Source: an uncultured Spirochaetota bacterium (GTDB lineage Bacteria > Spirochaetota > Brevinematia > Brevinematales > JAOACQ01). Taken from it: DNA of 64,000 bases. Below the pieces are notes generated by a model that saw only the letters and a program-made list of their open reading frames with translations, did no database searches and was not told where the DNA came from. Position numbers and translations under genes: made by a program. Each line of letters starts with the position of its first letter. The first letter of the stretch is position 1. Location: assembly GCA_963783575.1 (NCBI GenBank), contig CAWAOD010000005.1, positions 384,001-448,000 on the forward strand, written 5' to 3'. Shown here piece by piece: positions 37,719 to 48,707 of this stretch.

Positions 37719-38549
37719 TTATATATCGGCAAACGTGGTGAAATATTGCATTACTTTTGCTAATTCCATTCCATATTTACCTATGCCTTCTTTGCCTTCA
37801 TCGCCATGAAAGTCGCTTCCGCCCGTCAGTATTAATTTATTGAAAAAGGATTCTTCAATTTTATTTGAAAGATCCCTGGAGATTTTTGGATGGCGGTATT
37901 CAATTCCATCAAGCCCTGCCTCGATCATTGTATTAATTTTTTCCCAGTTTTTTATATTATAAAGCATAAGCGGGTGTGCAAGCACTGCTTTTCCGCCGTT
38001 TTGCTTGATTAACCGGATTACCTCAAGCGTAGGAACCTCTTTTCTAGGTATATAACAGGGTGCTCCGGGTTTAAGAAGTTTTTCAAAAACCCTATCCGTA
38101 TCCTGGAAATAGCCTAAATTGACCAGTTCCCTGGCAATATGCATTCTGCCTACAGAAACATTATCATATTTTAATAGGCTTTCCTGTTCAATCCTGAATC
38201 CGTTTGATTTAAGCCGTTCAATTATTTGATAAGCCCTGTTAATTCTTGATTTTTTAAATTCCTGAACCAGGCTGATCATTCCATTGTATTTATAATTCGA
38301 AAAGTAAGATAAAATATGAATTTCTCCTGAATCTTCAAATATTGTCGAAAATTCACAACCGGCAAGAAAAAAAATATCAATATTTTTTTTTCTTAAAAGC
38401 TGAAAGGCTTCCTCAATGCCGTCAAAAGAATCATGATCTGTTATTGAAAAACCACCCAAACCTGATTTTATTACTTTATCAATAATATCTTCCACACTTA
38501 ATAATCCATCCGAATAACTGGTATGGATATGCATATCGACAATCTTCAA
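37719..38549 (-). CDS. PHP-domain phosphoesterase (TrpH/YciV-like)
   Basis: DMHIHTSYSDG, ITDHD, EIHIL, LAHP, GGSDFHG. Confidence 0.92.
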   Translation of the reverse strand: MKIVDMHIHTSYSDGLLSVEDIIDKVIKSGLGGFSITDHDSFDGIEEAFQLLRKKNIDIFFLAGCEFSTIFEDSGEIHILSYFSNYKYNGMISLVQEFKKSRINRAYQIIERLKSNGFRIEQESLLKYDNVSVGRMHIARELVNLGYFQDTDRVFEKLLKPGAPCYIPRKEVPTLEVIRLIKQNGGKAVLAHPLMLYNIKNWEKINTMIEAGLDGIEYRHPKISRDLSNKIEESFFNKLILTGGSDFHGDEGKEGIGKYGMELAKVMQYFTTFADI

Positions 38550-38681
38550 AATATAACCTCAATAATGATAATCCAGTTGAATATTTTATATTATTTTAAC
38601 AAAAAAGTCATTGAATTGGTTTTATATAAGTGTATTTAATATTTTTTAAGAAAAATAATAATGGGATTTTATAATTCATTA

Positions 38682-39197
38682 TTAAATTTTCATGCAATTC
38701 CGGCATCTGGCTTCATATTCATTTTCACTGCCTATCAAAACATCGTTTTTTTTGTTCTTCCCTTTAAAGAAAGTAAAACTTGCATTGTAACTTCCGCAAT
38801 TATGACAGACAGCGTTTAATTTTATTACCTCCTCACAGATTGGAATAATATCCAGAATTTTTCCGAAAGGTTTCTGTTCGCTTGTGGCATCGAGACCTGC
38901 GATTATAACGTTTTTTTTTTGATTGGCCCATAGGTTAACAATTGGCAGATCTTCAAAAAACTGCCCTTCATCGATACCTATAATATCATAATTTGAAATA
39001 TCGATTCCCGAGAGATCTTCAACGGCAATATTATGAATCGGGATATTTTTTGTATGATCATGGGTTATTAATTCTCTTTTATCGATTGAATGACGGATAA
39101 GAATTACCTTTTTACCAGCAATCCTGTCCCTGTTCAATCTCCTGATCAGTTCCGTGGTTTTTCCCGAAAACATCGGTCCTATTATCAAAGAAATCAT
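38682..39197 (-). CDS. tdk: Thymidine kinase
   Basis: GPMFSGKTTEL, IDEGQFF, zinc lasso CHNC...RCRNC. Confidence 0.96.
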   Translation of the reverse strand: MISLIIGPMFSGKTTELIRRLNRDRIAGKKVILIRHSIDKRELITHDHTKNIPIHNIAVEDLSGIDISNYDIIGIDEGQFFEDLPIVNLWANQKKNVIIAGLDATSEQKPFGKILDIIPICEEVIKLNAVCHNCGSYNASFTFFKGKNKKNDVLIGSENEYEARCRNCMKI

Positions 39198-39251
39198 TTT
39201 ACCCTCCGATCAAAATTATTGAACCTGAATTATTTGTTGATTAAAAATTCT

Positions 39252-39833
39252 TTATTTAAAATAGTGAATAATCCTCGGCGTAATATAAACTTCTATAAAA
39301 GCTGCAATGATAAGAAGCGGAATTACAATTTTTATATAATTAATTGTCAATCTTATTAATACTGTTTTTAGATTACTTTTATCTTTAGAAATCATTTTAT
39401 CAAATAATTTTGAAGCTATGACCAGACCCAGTACAAAAGCTATAAATATAGCCGGTAATTCAAAGATACCATGCGGAGCCGTGGAAATAAAAAATTGAAA
39501 AAGACCGGTTTTTTGTGAGTAGAATTTACAAGCAGCCCCAAGGATAAAAAAATTAATATAACAGGAAAATATTGAAGGAAGGGCAAGAAGAAACCCGCCG
39601 CAAAATATGATTAATGAAGCAACTAGATTATTTAAAAAAATACCGGTAAAAGTAAAACTGATTAGATGAAAATATGATTCAAGCAATTTTAATATCTTTC
39701 CGGCCTCACTTTCTGATAAAATAAACCCATTAATAAAACCTGCCAGACATATTACACCGGCTGCAAATATGAACTTATAATAAAAGTTAAATGAATTTAT
39801 ATAAGATAAATCATAATTATTTTTATTGTTCAT
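39252..39833 (-). CDS. SpoIIM/DUF95-family membrane protein
   Basis: IFLNN, PHGIFELPA, AAFIEVYITP. Confidence 0.88.
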   Translation of the reverse strand: MNNKNNYDLSYINSFNFYYKFIFAAGVICLAGFINGFILSESEAGKILKLLESYFHLISFTFTGIFLNNLVASLIIFCGGFLLALPSIFSCYINFFILGAACKFYSQKTGLFQFFISTAPHGIFELPAIFIAFVLGLVIASKLFDKMISKDKSNLKTVLIRLTINYIKIVIPLLIIAAFIEVYITPRIIHYFK

Positions 39834-40416
39834 AGCTTTGCTCTGCTTTATCAAGGTCCGGCTCAAATTTTTTCACTATTAAAATATTGCTGTACCGGAT
39901 TTCATCCGATTCCAATCCCTCCAGAGCCGTTTTAATTTGCCGGTACTCATCTTTCGAGAGGTTTTTGTTTTCCAATTGTCTTGTGTAATTTGATCTGAAT
40001 TCAAAAATTTTATTTTTTAAATTAGCGATATCTGTATTATAATTTGTTAATTCTCTTTTGATACTTGTATAAGCAAGAACCGTGTTTTTATAAACAATTA
40101 TCAATTCATCAGTTGTTTTAAAATGATTTGACAAACCGGATTCTTTAATTTTTGAACTCTCTTTTAATGATTTAAAAAATTTGATATTTGCACCGGGAGA
40201 ATTTTTTTCGTCCTCAGTAAGTCGTGATTGATATTTAGAGGAAAAATCCAGTATTTCCGGAAGTACAAATATAAAATTCGAAACCTGAGTTTCATTTAAA
40301 AGAGTAATCTCTTTATTATTAATCCCATCATTTGACTGCTCATCCTCCTGTGAACAGGAATTAAACATAAAAGCGGCGGCTAATAAAAGAATCAAATATA
40401 ATATGTGAATTTTCAT
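39823..40416 (-). CDS. Hypothetical lipoprotein
   Basis: AGGAGA RBS; MKIHILYLILLLAAAFMFNS-C lipobox; helical body. Confidence 0.75.
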   Translation of the reverse strand: MKIHILYLILLLAAAFMFNSCSQEDEQSNDGINNKEITLLNETQVSNFIFVLPEILDFSSKYQSRLTEDEKNSPGANIKFFKSLKESSKIKESGLSNHFKTTDELIIVYKNTVLAYTSIKRELTNYNTDIANLKNKIFEFRSNYTRQLENKNLSKDEYRQIKTALEGLESDEIRYSNILIVKKFEPDLDKAEQSYEQ

Positions 40417-40441
40417 TTTATCTCCTGAAATTTTATTACAT

Positions 40442-40555
40442 GTACTCCCCTCGCGGTGCGGTTTTACAAAGAAGCAATGAACTCGGTGAGCGTTTTTGAA
40501 ACGAGCAGTTCCCGGATCCACTGCTTTTTTTTATGCTGTACCACTAGGGAACCCA
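40442..40555. ncRNA. Candidate structured ncRNA (long rod hairpin)
   Basis: GC-rich island in AT-rich intergenic DNA; nested complementary arms CCCCTCGCGGTGCGG/CTGTACCACTAGGG, AAAGAAGCAATG/CACTGCTTTTTT, GAACT/AGTTC, CGTTT/AAACG. Confidence 0.45.
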
Positions 40556-40859
40556 ACATTTGCAAACATTTATGAACTTAGATTTTAACATAGTTTTACA
40601 AGAATGGAAAATATTTCTTGAATACCTGACCAAGGGAAGAAATCAGAAGGATAGGGTGCGTATATTGATAATATGCCGTTTCTCCATAAACAAATCAAAA
40701 GAATATACAATCGTTAACAATAGACATAATCGGTTTTAATTTTTTCATGTCAAGATTGAATCTTTTACAGATTGTTCAGCTGGGGCAATATTTTATTTTC
40801 ATCATTATTAAAATCATCTGTACTATAATCGAATAAGTATATTGAAATACTGGAATTTC

Positions 40860-41150
40860 TTATTTTGGTATTATAAAAAAATATGAGAATGCTCCCAGGA
40901 AAACCAGGTAAAAAAAGCTTACAATACTTATATGTACAATAAATTTTGTTCTTGATTTATTTTTTCTTTCTTTAATTGTCCACCACATACAGAATAATCC
41001 AAGGCAGAACTCAATAAAAACAATCGAGAAGGCAATGATTGTCCTTAATTCGGTAGAAAAAATTGTGTAAGATAACAATCCGAATACAGGCCAGAGCTCT
41101 AATAGATAGAACAGTACAAAAACTACAATTACCCAGATATTTTTCTTCAT
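40860..41150 (-). CDS. Small 3-TM hypothetical membrane protein
   Basis: AGGAG RBS; three hydrophobic segments. Confidence 0.6.
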   Translation of the reverse strand: MKKNIWVIVVFVLFYLLELWPVFGLLSYTIFSTELRTIIAFSIVFIEFCLGLFCMWWTIKERKNKSRTKFIVHISIVSFFYLVFLGAFSYFFIIPK

Positions 41151-41296
41151 TATGAAACTCCTTATTTTGAAATTTTCTATTATAAAAATTCTAGAAATCA
41201 AAAATATTAATTTGGGTTAACCGCCTTGTTTAAAAAATTCGCAGGTTTTGCATTGATTATAATTTATTCCGTATATTATATGTTCCAGGTCAAAAA

Positions 41297-41956
41297 CTAT
41301 TGAATAATGATTCCATCTGTTAGTTTGATCTTCCGTTCAATATTATCTAAAACCCACTGGTCGTGCGATGCAAAAATGATAGTCACTCCAAGGTTAAGGT
41401 TCAATTCCTTCAATACCTCGACGATATTGTGAGAAGTCTGGCTGTCCAGGTTTGCCGTCGGTTCATCGGCCATAATATAAGGAGGATTGTGAACAAGCGA
41501 GCGCGCTATTGCCACACGCTGCCTCTGGCCGCCGGAAAGCTCGTCGGGTTTATGCTTGATATGCGCTGTCAAACCAACCCGTTCTATTAGCTCAAGAACC
41601 TTCTTTTTTTCAAACTTTTGTCCCTTTAGTTTCATCGGTACCACTATATTCTCATAAACATTTAAAACCGGGATAAGGTTAAAGCTCTGGAAAATAAACC
41701 CGACTTTTCTTGCTCTGAACTCGGTGAGCTGAATTGAGTTATAATTTGTGATATCCTCGCCATCTATAACAATTGTTCCGGATGTTGCCCTGTCCATAGC
41801 CCCGATCAGGTTAAGAAGTGTTGATTTTCCGCTGCCGGATACTCCTCCGACAACAACCATTTCTCCCTTTTCGATCTTAAGATTAATTCCTTTGAGAGCC
41901 TCAACATAGACATTTCCCGATTTGTATGTCTTTTTGATGTCTTTCAATTCTATCAT
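41297..41956 (-). CDS. ABC transporter ATP-binding protein (LolD/MacB-like)
   Basis: GVSGSGKS, GFIFQSFNL, LSGGQRQRVAIAR, ADEPTANLD. Confidence 0.95.
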   Translation of the reverse strand: MIELKDIKKTYKSGNVYVEALKGINLKIEKGEMVVVGGVSGSGKSTLLNLIGAMDRATSGTIVIDGEDITNYNSIQLTEFRARKVGFIFQSFNLIPVLNVYENIVVPMKLKGQKFEKKKVLELIERVGLTAHIKHKPDELSGGQRQRVAIARSLVHNPPYIMADEPTANLDSQTSHNIVEVLKELNLNLGVTIIFASHDQWVLDNIERKIKLTDGIIIQ

Positions 41957-42013
41957 ACTTTACTCCTCTGCAACATAATGTTGCTTCAATATTTAAAATT
42001 TTCGGTAAGAATT

Positions 42014-43270
42014 TTATATGTTCATAGACATATAAAAATACAAGCTTAAATCCATAGCTCCGTAATAAAGCTCATATCTCTCATCGCTTGCCTGCATATA
42101 AATAATACTGCCGCCGATGTCAACTTTATCATATGTTTTGTCAATCGTGAACTGGTGTTTCATTACCCCCGAATCCATTTCGTTGAGGAAAAAATAATCA
42201 AAGCTGAGAAACGAATTTTTTATCGTATAAGTAATATCGGTTGTAATATAATTTTTAAAATTTCTTTCGGATATAATCAGATTTTGTCCATAATGGTATG
42301 CGTTTGATGGATTTTTTAAAAAATTGTAAGTATCATCATACATTCCATGGGACAAGCCTTCACCGTAGGAGAAATATTCAATACTGAAACTGATATTGTT
42401 GTTAAAAACCGGTTCTGTTTTTATTGTTTGGAACCTGAATGAAACATTATAAAAATCGGAGCCTGATCTTTTATCTGTGTAATTACCATCAGAAGATACA
42501 TAAGGTCTATAACTTTCATTTTTATACAAACCTTCCATAAAAAATATGATATCGAAAGGAAGAACAGCAGACATGCTCAACCCGTTTACCGGAAGCCTTT
42601 TATTAGTATCACTGCTCCAGCTGTTACCAGAATAGCCAAGGACATAATTCAGTGAATAATTTAAATAAGCGCAGGATATAGATGAAAGGAAATAATTATC
42701 GCTGATACTGTTGAAACCTATCCAAACCATACTTTGATCTAAATTGATCTTAAGCTTATCTATGAATTCCGGCAGGGCAATATTCAGCCGTGCTGACGGT
42801 ATTCCTTTGTATCCCATATCCTGGTTGCCGATGTATATCTTATTATATAAATCGCGGATTTCCGGTACAAATTCAATAAGATTCATAGGATGAAAATAAC
42901 TATTGTAACCGTAATCAATTCTCATAAAGCCGGTTTTTAAACTTATCATATCGTAAAAAAGGAGATCTATATAAGCGCTTCTGATACTTATATTTATTGC
43001 GTTGGTATCAAAGCCTGTTGAAATATAAGTATCCAGCCTTGCATCGGGCTGAAAATTGTCTTCAAAATTTAAAGCCGGGGTTGCAATTATATGCGCCGCA
43101 ACCTGGCCGTTATTAGTCCATTGATTAGTCTGCATCAAAACAGTATTTGACATCATATGCGATGTGTAAACCGTGCTGTATAGTGTTACATCGGTTGATT
43201 TATCTGCAAAAATCTGCGCGTTAATAATTGTAATTGTCATAGTCAATATCAACATAATATTAAATTTCAT
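42014..43270 (-). CDS. Exported hypothetical protein, probable outer-membrane beta-barrel
   Basis: Signal peptide; AYIDL...LKTG..RIDYG..FHPMN segment; aromatic strands; C-terminal alternating YFYMSMNI; located in the ABC operon. Confidence 0.6.
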   Translation of the reverse strand: MKFNIMLILTMTITIINAQIFADKSTDVTLYSTVYTSHMMSNTVLMQTNQWTNNGQVAAHIIATPALNFEDNFQPDARLDTYISTGFDTNAINISIRSAYIDLLFYDMISLKTGFMRIDYGYNSYFHPMNLIEFVPEIRDLYNKIYIGNQDMGYKGIPSARLNIALPEFIDKLKINLDQSMVWIGFNSISDNYFLSSISCAYLNYSLNYVLGYSGNSWSSDTNKRLPVNGLSMSAVLPFDIIFFMEGLYKNESYRPYVSSDGNYTDKRSGSDFYNVSFRFQTIKTEPVFNNNISFSIEYFSYGEGLSHGMYDDTYNFLKNPSNAYHYGQNLIISERNFKNYITTDITYTIKNSFLSFDYFFLNEMDSGVMKHQFTIDKTYDKVDIGGSIIYMQASDERYELYYGAMDLSLYFYMSMNI

Positions 43271-43317
43271 TTCCATTCCTCCATGGATTAAGAAAATCAA
43301 ATTATGATTGTCTTACG

Positions 43318-44061
43318 TCATCTCGCATGTATACTGCTGATATTCTGCGGTCCGAAAAGCGATTTCGGAAGCTTTATTTTTTTAATATTGGATAATTCCG
43401 CCATCGCCTTGTTTTCGGAAATATAATCTTCCATATTGATCTTAAAACCGACAACTATTTCATCTTTCACTTTAATATCCGAAAATGTCGCCATCTTTAA
43501 TTTTTCCCCTGAAGCTGTAAAGTAAAGCCTTTTGTATGTGTCGAAGGTATTGGAATCGATCCAGATATCGACTCTTGCATAAAGGCTTGATCTGTTAGGC
43601 GCAAGGACAAGATAATAAACATCCTTATCATCATATTTGGATTTCTGTAAATTGGTTACTTTATAATCAGTGGCTAATTCCGAGCTTACAACATCGCCCC
43701 AGCTGAAGCTCGATTCCAAGAAAACAGCCTGGTAACTCATAATATCGGTTTTATTTATTTTAAAAATATAATAGTAAATCGTGTCGCCGCTTCTCATGCC
43801 AACATCATTTTTATTGATTTCAGGAGATACCCAGACTATAGTCTGGTTTAAATATCCCTTTTTATAACCCTGCATCTTATATTCACGGTGGCCTTCCTGG
43901 TCGTCCGAGGTAACAAAAAAGTCAATGCTCCCTTCTTCCGGGAAGAAACGTTTATCCGATTTTTCAAGAATATCCTTGCCCTCTTTTTGGACATCTTCAC
44001 AGAATAATGCGCCTGATGCGGTTAAAAAACACAAGCACAAAAAGATTTTTACAAAATTCAT
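43318..44061 (-). CDS. LolA-like outer-membrane lipoprotein-sorting protein
   Basis: Signal peptide; FLESSFSWGD, YYLVLAP, YARVDIWID, YFTASGEKLK, LPKSLF. Confidence 0.82.
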   Translation of the reverse strand: MNFVKIFLCLCFLTASGALFCEDVQKEGKDILEKSDKRFFPEEGSIDFFVTSDDQEGHREYKMQGYKKGYLNQTIVWVSPEINKNDVGMRSGDTIYYYIFKINKTDIMSYQAVFLESSFSWGDVVSSELATDYKVTNLQKSKYDDKDVYYLVLAPNRSSLYARVDIWIDSNTFDTYKRLYFTASGEKLKMATFSDIKVKDEIVVGFKINMEDYISENKAMAELSNIKKIKLPKSLFGPQNISSIHAR

Positions 44062-44077
44062 TACATTCTCCTTAAAA

Positions 44078-45280
44078 TCATTTTCCCTGCATAACATTTA
44101 TTGGATTACTTATAAGCACTTTAAAAAATAACGGTATCTGCGATATAATAACTGCCGATAAAATAATCAAAAAAGCGTTCTTTATCTGGTAGAACTGGAT
44201 GTATAAATCCATCCGGTTCGTTCCGGAAAGAAGCACAAATAAAACTTCAAGAAAACCTCCCGCGATCTGCTGTTTTGCGATCAGTGCGGTCAAATAACAT
44301 AAAACTACCGCGATGAATGTTGAAATCACAAGCTGTGACACGGATTCCAAAAGCAGAGTCAAACCTATTTTCCAGGATGGGATGCCGAATGACATTAAAG
44401 TGCCGATTTCTTTCTGCCTTTTACGGAAAAGTATCATATAGATGTTAAAGTTAACAAGCAGGACAACAGTTACTACTACAATAATGGTCAGAATGATCAT
44501 TAAAATCAGAAAGACATTGAATTGAACCGAAATATTCAGCACATCCCATGAACTTACCCTCATAGCTTCTATCGAATCTATCTTTGTCCTGGACTGGTCG
44601 TCAAGGGCTTCACGGATGTCTTTGTTAATTGTATCCGGGATTATTCCACCTTTAAAAAAGAGACAAAATTCGATATCTTTTATCTGGGGCATAAAATATG
44701 CTTCCATGCTTGAATATTTTACCAGAAAGCGGGGCGTGCTGAAAAGGTTCAGACCCGGTGAATTGTAAATCCCGCAGATTTTGTATCCTGCCGCGTTATA
44801 GACCTTGTCCGAAGTTTTGCCTGTAATACGAATCGTATCGCCGACTTTTATATCCGTTTTCTGAAGAAGGGAAGACGGAACAAGAATATCCTTGCCTTCT
44901 TGTAAAAGTTTCCCGTCGAGAAGAGTAAGATACCCGGCCAGGTTTTTATCATCCTGGAGATTAACGCCGATAAGCTCCGCGCTGCCGCTATTGTTCCTCC
45001 CGGGAAGCCTGTACTGAACATCGGATCGGACTTTCTGCGTTATGTATAATAATTGAGGTATTTTTTTCATAAGGGTTGAAGGAATATTATCAATATTTTC
45101 CTTCATTTTCAAAACTATTTCTCCCGAGAAAACGGTGTTCTGCAGGTTCAACTGCCTTCTCGATCCGTCGATATAAGCGAAAAGAAGGATTATCAGCATA
45201 ATTGAAATAACATTCGTCAAATATAACTTCCAAATCCTCTTAAATCCCTGTATGATTTCCGCAACTATTAATGTAAACAT
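44078..45280 (-). CDS. FtsX-like ABC permease
   Basis: One N-terminal TM, large periplasmic loop, RQKEIGTLMSFG...LLES. Confidence 0.88.
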   Translation of the reverse strand: MFTLIVAEIIQGFKRIWKLYLTNVISIMLIILLFAYIDGSRRQLNLQNTVFSGEIVLKMKENIDNIPSTLMKKIPQLLYITQKVRSDVQYRLPGRNNSGSAELIGVNLQDDKNLAGYLTLLDGKLLQEGKDILVPSSLLQKTDIKVGDTIRITGKTSDKVYNAAGYKICGIYNSPGLNLFSTPRFLVKYSSMEAYFMPQIKDIEFCLFFKGGIIPDTINKDIREALDDQSRTKIDSIEAMRVSSWDVLNISVQFNVFLILMIILTIIVVVTVVLLVNFNIYMILFRKRQKEIGTLMSFGIPSWKIGLTLLLESVSQLVISTFIAVVLCYLTALIAKQQIAGGFLEVLFVLLSGTNRMDLYIQFYQIKNAFLIILSAVIISQIPLFFKVLISNPINVMQGK

Positions 45281-45317
45281 AATATTTTTCTCCTTTTAAA
45301 CGCGACCTCTTGGTTTT

Positions 45318-45363
45318 CTTCGACAATACTTCGGCAAGCTCAGCACAGCGGCTCAGGGCAGGC
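45318..45363. repeat. Nested REP-like palindrome (CTTCGRCAAGCTCAG...GGGCAGGC family)
   Basis: CTTCGACAA-[CTTCGGCAAGCTCAG]-CGGCTCAGGGCAGGC; same motif family as the IS target sites at 30838-34010. Confidence 0.7.
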
Positions 45364-45438
45364 TTATTGACCCATGTATAATTCAATGTATTAATCTCAA
45401 TATAAATCAAACCGGCTTCCCATATTTTGCTTATTGAA

Positions 45439-46671
45439 TCACAAATCTCTCATGACTTCCACCGGATCAAGCTTGCTCATTTTCTGAATAGCATAAAGGG
45501 TGTTTCCTATGAAAGCGATCAGCAATATGAACGTGATTATGATGAATGTCTGAGGATAATTCTGTATGTATAATATCGATCTGCCGAAAATCAGGTGAAG
45601 AGGGATTATAGTGGCTTCAATCCCGTTTGTCGATATTCCCTGCATTACATAAAGTCCAAGAAGCGTTCCCAGCAAACCGAAAAATATCATCACGAGCAAA
45701 AATTCCCCGCCGAAAAGCAGGCCTATCCGCCATTTTTTTACACCCAGGGCCATATAAATTCCAATTTCCTGCCTTCTTGTTTCGATAGAAAGGTTCACTA
45801 GGAATGAACTGCAGAGATATACCATCAAAAGAAGAAGAAATGCTATAAAGTAGATAGTAAAGTAAGTCAGTTTATATATCCCGCTGACTAAATTTGAAGA
45901 ATCCTGAGGTAATATAAAACGGTAAATTTTGCCGAACCTGTTTTTTATATCTGATATTAAAGAATTAAGATTCCTGTTTTGATGCAGTCTTACAAATATC
46001 TCGCCGACAAGCGGCTCCTTTGTCATTAAAAGGCTATTGAGATAATCCAGCGATACAAAGGCGTAAAGCGCGAATTCGGTATAATAAGCAAGATCTTCAT
46101 AATCAAAAACTCCTACCAGTTTTGCCGGGTCGAAATTAAAATAGCCGTCCATTGTCTGTACACCGATTCCGACGACGGCACCGGTGTTAATATTTAAATA
46201 ATCGGAATGTCTGTAATAAAGATTTATCTGGTTTGTAGTTGTTAACCAATACCCATTGTCCATTTTTCTGTTTGGAAGAAGTTCTTTCTCTGCTTTCAGG
46301 GTCAACACCTGTTATGATCATTGGGGTTTCATTGAAATCTGATTTTACGTCACCCCATACCCTTAATCTTGGGGAAGCATTCGCGACATATTTATTATTT
46401 CTGAGAAACAAAAGAAGTTCCTGCCAGTTTTCAAGCGGGATAAGCTTTTTTCGCCATCTTTGGTTATTACATCAAGCCTTTTAACCTTTGCTGAAGTTAT
46501 GATAACATCTCCTGTCATATTCTCGGCAACGGCTTTCTTCAGAGACTTTGATATTGAAAACACGGTATTCATTCCGACAATCAGGTAGAAACAGAGCATA
46601 ATAACCATCAATCCTATTAAAATAAATAAAAACTTATGCTTTAAAACATTATGAAAAATCAGCTTTATCAT
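45439..46671 (-). CDS. FtsX-like ABC permease, two frameshifts near 46445 and 46296
   Basis: Three ORF pieces join (…DGEKKLIPLEN…ASPRL…GVDPEAEKE…RRQEIGIYMALG…LDPVEVMR). Confidence 0.85.
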
Positions 46672-46681
46672 TTCCCTCTCC

Positions 46682-47343
46682 TTATTTTATGTTGAAATCA
46701 GCACCGAGTGAAAAAACCGGTATGCCAAGCCCTATTCTTGAAGTAGGCGAGACCATCGATTCTTCACCTATATTTATCAGTCCAGCTTCTCCTTCAAGAG
46801 CTATTTTATCCCAGGTTTGGCTTATTCCTCCGATCTTAAAATTAAATGTCGGTTTTGGCAGCTTCTGGAAATCAAACCTTATTTCAAAAGCCATATAAGC
46901 CGACCAATTGTTGCCTCTCATAACCGGGGTAATACCAAAAGTAGGGTAGGCATTCAAGTCAGCATTTTTAAATGTTATCTGAGTCGGTAAATTAACATAT
47001 GTATTCCATTCAGAAATTAAATTTGTCGTATTATTGAGATTATATACACCATAAGGCTCAATAAGAAGGGTACCTGCAAACAATGGAATCAAATAAAGAT
47101 TTCCTCCTGCGTTAAAAGTGTCCGATACGCCGTAATTGGCTCCTATACAAAGGTTCACAGGAATAGGGAGCCATTCCATTCCCTTAAATTGGTCATTATA
47201 GCTCCTCCAAGTGATACATTTACAGTCATACTATCTTTTTTTATCATTTCCCTTCCTGAAGATAAAGCGCAGGAAGGATTCAAAGATATAATAAAACATA
47301 TTAGGATAGCAAGAAGTGAATTAATTAAGGCTTTATTTTTCAT
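46682..47343 (-). CDS. Hypothetical lipoprotein / beta-rich exported protein, frameshift near 47187
   Basis: MKNKALINSLLAILICFIISLNPS-C; one added T joins it to ORF 46682-47179. Confidence 0.6.
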
Positions 47344-47749
47344 AGTCTCTCCATTCGAATTAGTTATCAATTATAGGAATCAGGTCAATTATTAATATTA
47401 TTTTATTATTCAAATCAAAAAAATTATCCTATACCTTAAATCGGTAAATTATATCTTCAAAAATACTTAAAAACAATAGGACTTTCATCTCATTTTACAT
47501 AGGACTTTAGGCTTATATTGATTGCATGCTACAATAATGTCAACTCAGCAGGAAAATAAATAATTCTTAGTTATTACCACAGAGAACTAAACATTGTTTT
47601 TATAATTATATCCTTTTTGTCCCTTTGCTATAGTGATAAATTATTAATTTAACTTTTCCTAAAGGCTTCAATAACATAATTATTATAATATGAGATCAGA
47701 TAAAACTTCAATTCTTCAAACGAAATATTTTCTTTTCAGATTCTGCTCC

Positions 47750-48595
47750 TCAATTTTGCCATTCTGAAATTTCTTCCAGAACGGTCGTTTCACCGGGTTT
47801 TTGTCCTTTTATAAGTAAACTCCGGCTGTTATCCTCAATCCAAATGAATATTTCCCTTGTATATGCCTGAGCTAAAGTCGCGAGGAATGGATCGCCTATT
47901 GAAAAACCGTATTTTATGGTAATAAATTTTCCAGCCTTAGTTTCAATGGTTTCTTTCCCCAGTTTTACTAAACTTCCCGGGATAGGTTCTTTAATAATTT
48001 GAGGCGCAATAATGTAAGAAATGCCGCCCCCATTAAGATCCAGATATCTTGAGCCTATTAAGGCAAAAGAATCCATATCCCAGATAGGGTAATCAGTTTT
48101 AATTTTTATTCTGCTTTCAACGGTTCTGATTTCTTTATTATCAATCAATTTTTCAATATATAAGGCTGTTTTTTTTTCATTATTAATCTCAAGGCTGTAA
48201 TATACCAGTCCTTTATAGTTTAAATTATTTGTTAAAATATAATTCAAAATGTTAAATTTTGAAAAAATGATTGAGGCATTATCTAATGAAACGCATATCT
48301 GTTGTGAATAATTTGTATAATGTGCATGTATTCTATATTTATGTTGAGGTACATTAGCATCCATATAAAGCATAATTATTTTTTTGTCAGGATAATACCT
48401 TGTGACCCTATTGACTTCCCTGATTTTTTCACCGCCTGCATAATCGGTATATTTTAATAATTCCCCGTCGGTAAATTCAAAATTCCTTGCCTTCATAGGA
48501 ACCATCTCGATTCTTCTTATTCCCATAGGGCTGGATGTTGAAGGGTATCCCCATAAAATGCATAATGAAATAATCAGAATAATTATTTTCGGCAT
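47750..48595 (-). CDS. Exported hypothetical protein (DUF3108-like C-terminus)
   Basis: Signal peptide; GKETIETKAGKF, IFIWIED. Confidence 0.6.
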   Translation of the reverse strand: MPKIIILIISLCILWGYPSTSSPMGIRRIEMVPMKARNFEFTDGELLKYTDYAGGEKIREVNRVTRYYPDKKIIMLYMDANVPQHKYRIHAHYTNYSQQICVSLDNASIIFSKFNILNYILTNNLNYKGLVYYSLEINNEKKTALYIEKLIDNKEIRTVESRIKIKTDYPIWDMDSFALIGSRYLDLNGGGISYIIAPQIIKEPIPGSLVKLGKETIETKAGKFITIKYGFSIGDPFLATLAQAYTREIFIWIEDNSRSLLIKGQKPGETTVLEEISEWQN

Positions 48596-48707
48596 AAAAT
48601 CTCCTTTTTGCTTTTTAATTAATAATAGCACAAAATAATATCTTTTATCAATAACACTTTCGGGCGATTTTTTATTAAGATTTAAAAATACTACTTTCGG
48701 ATAAGGA

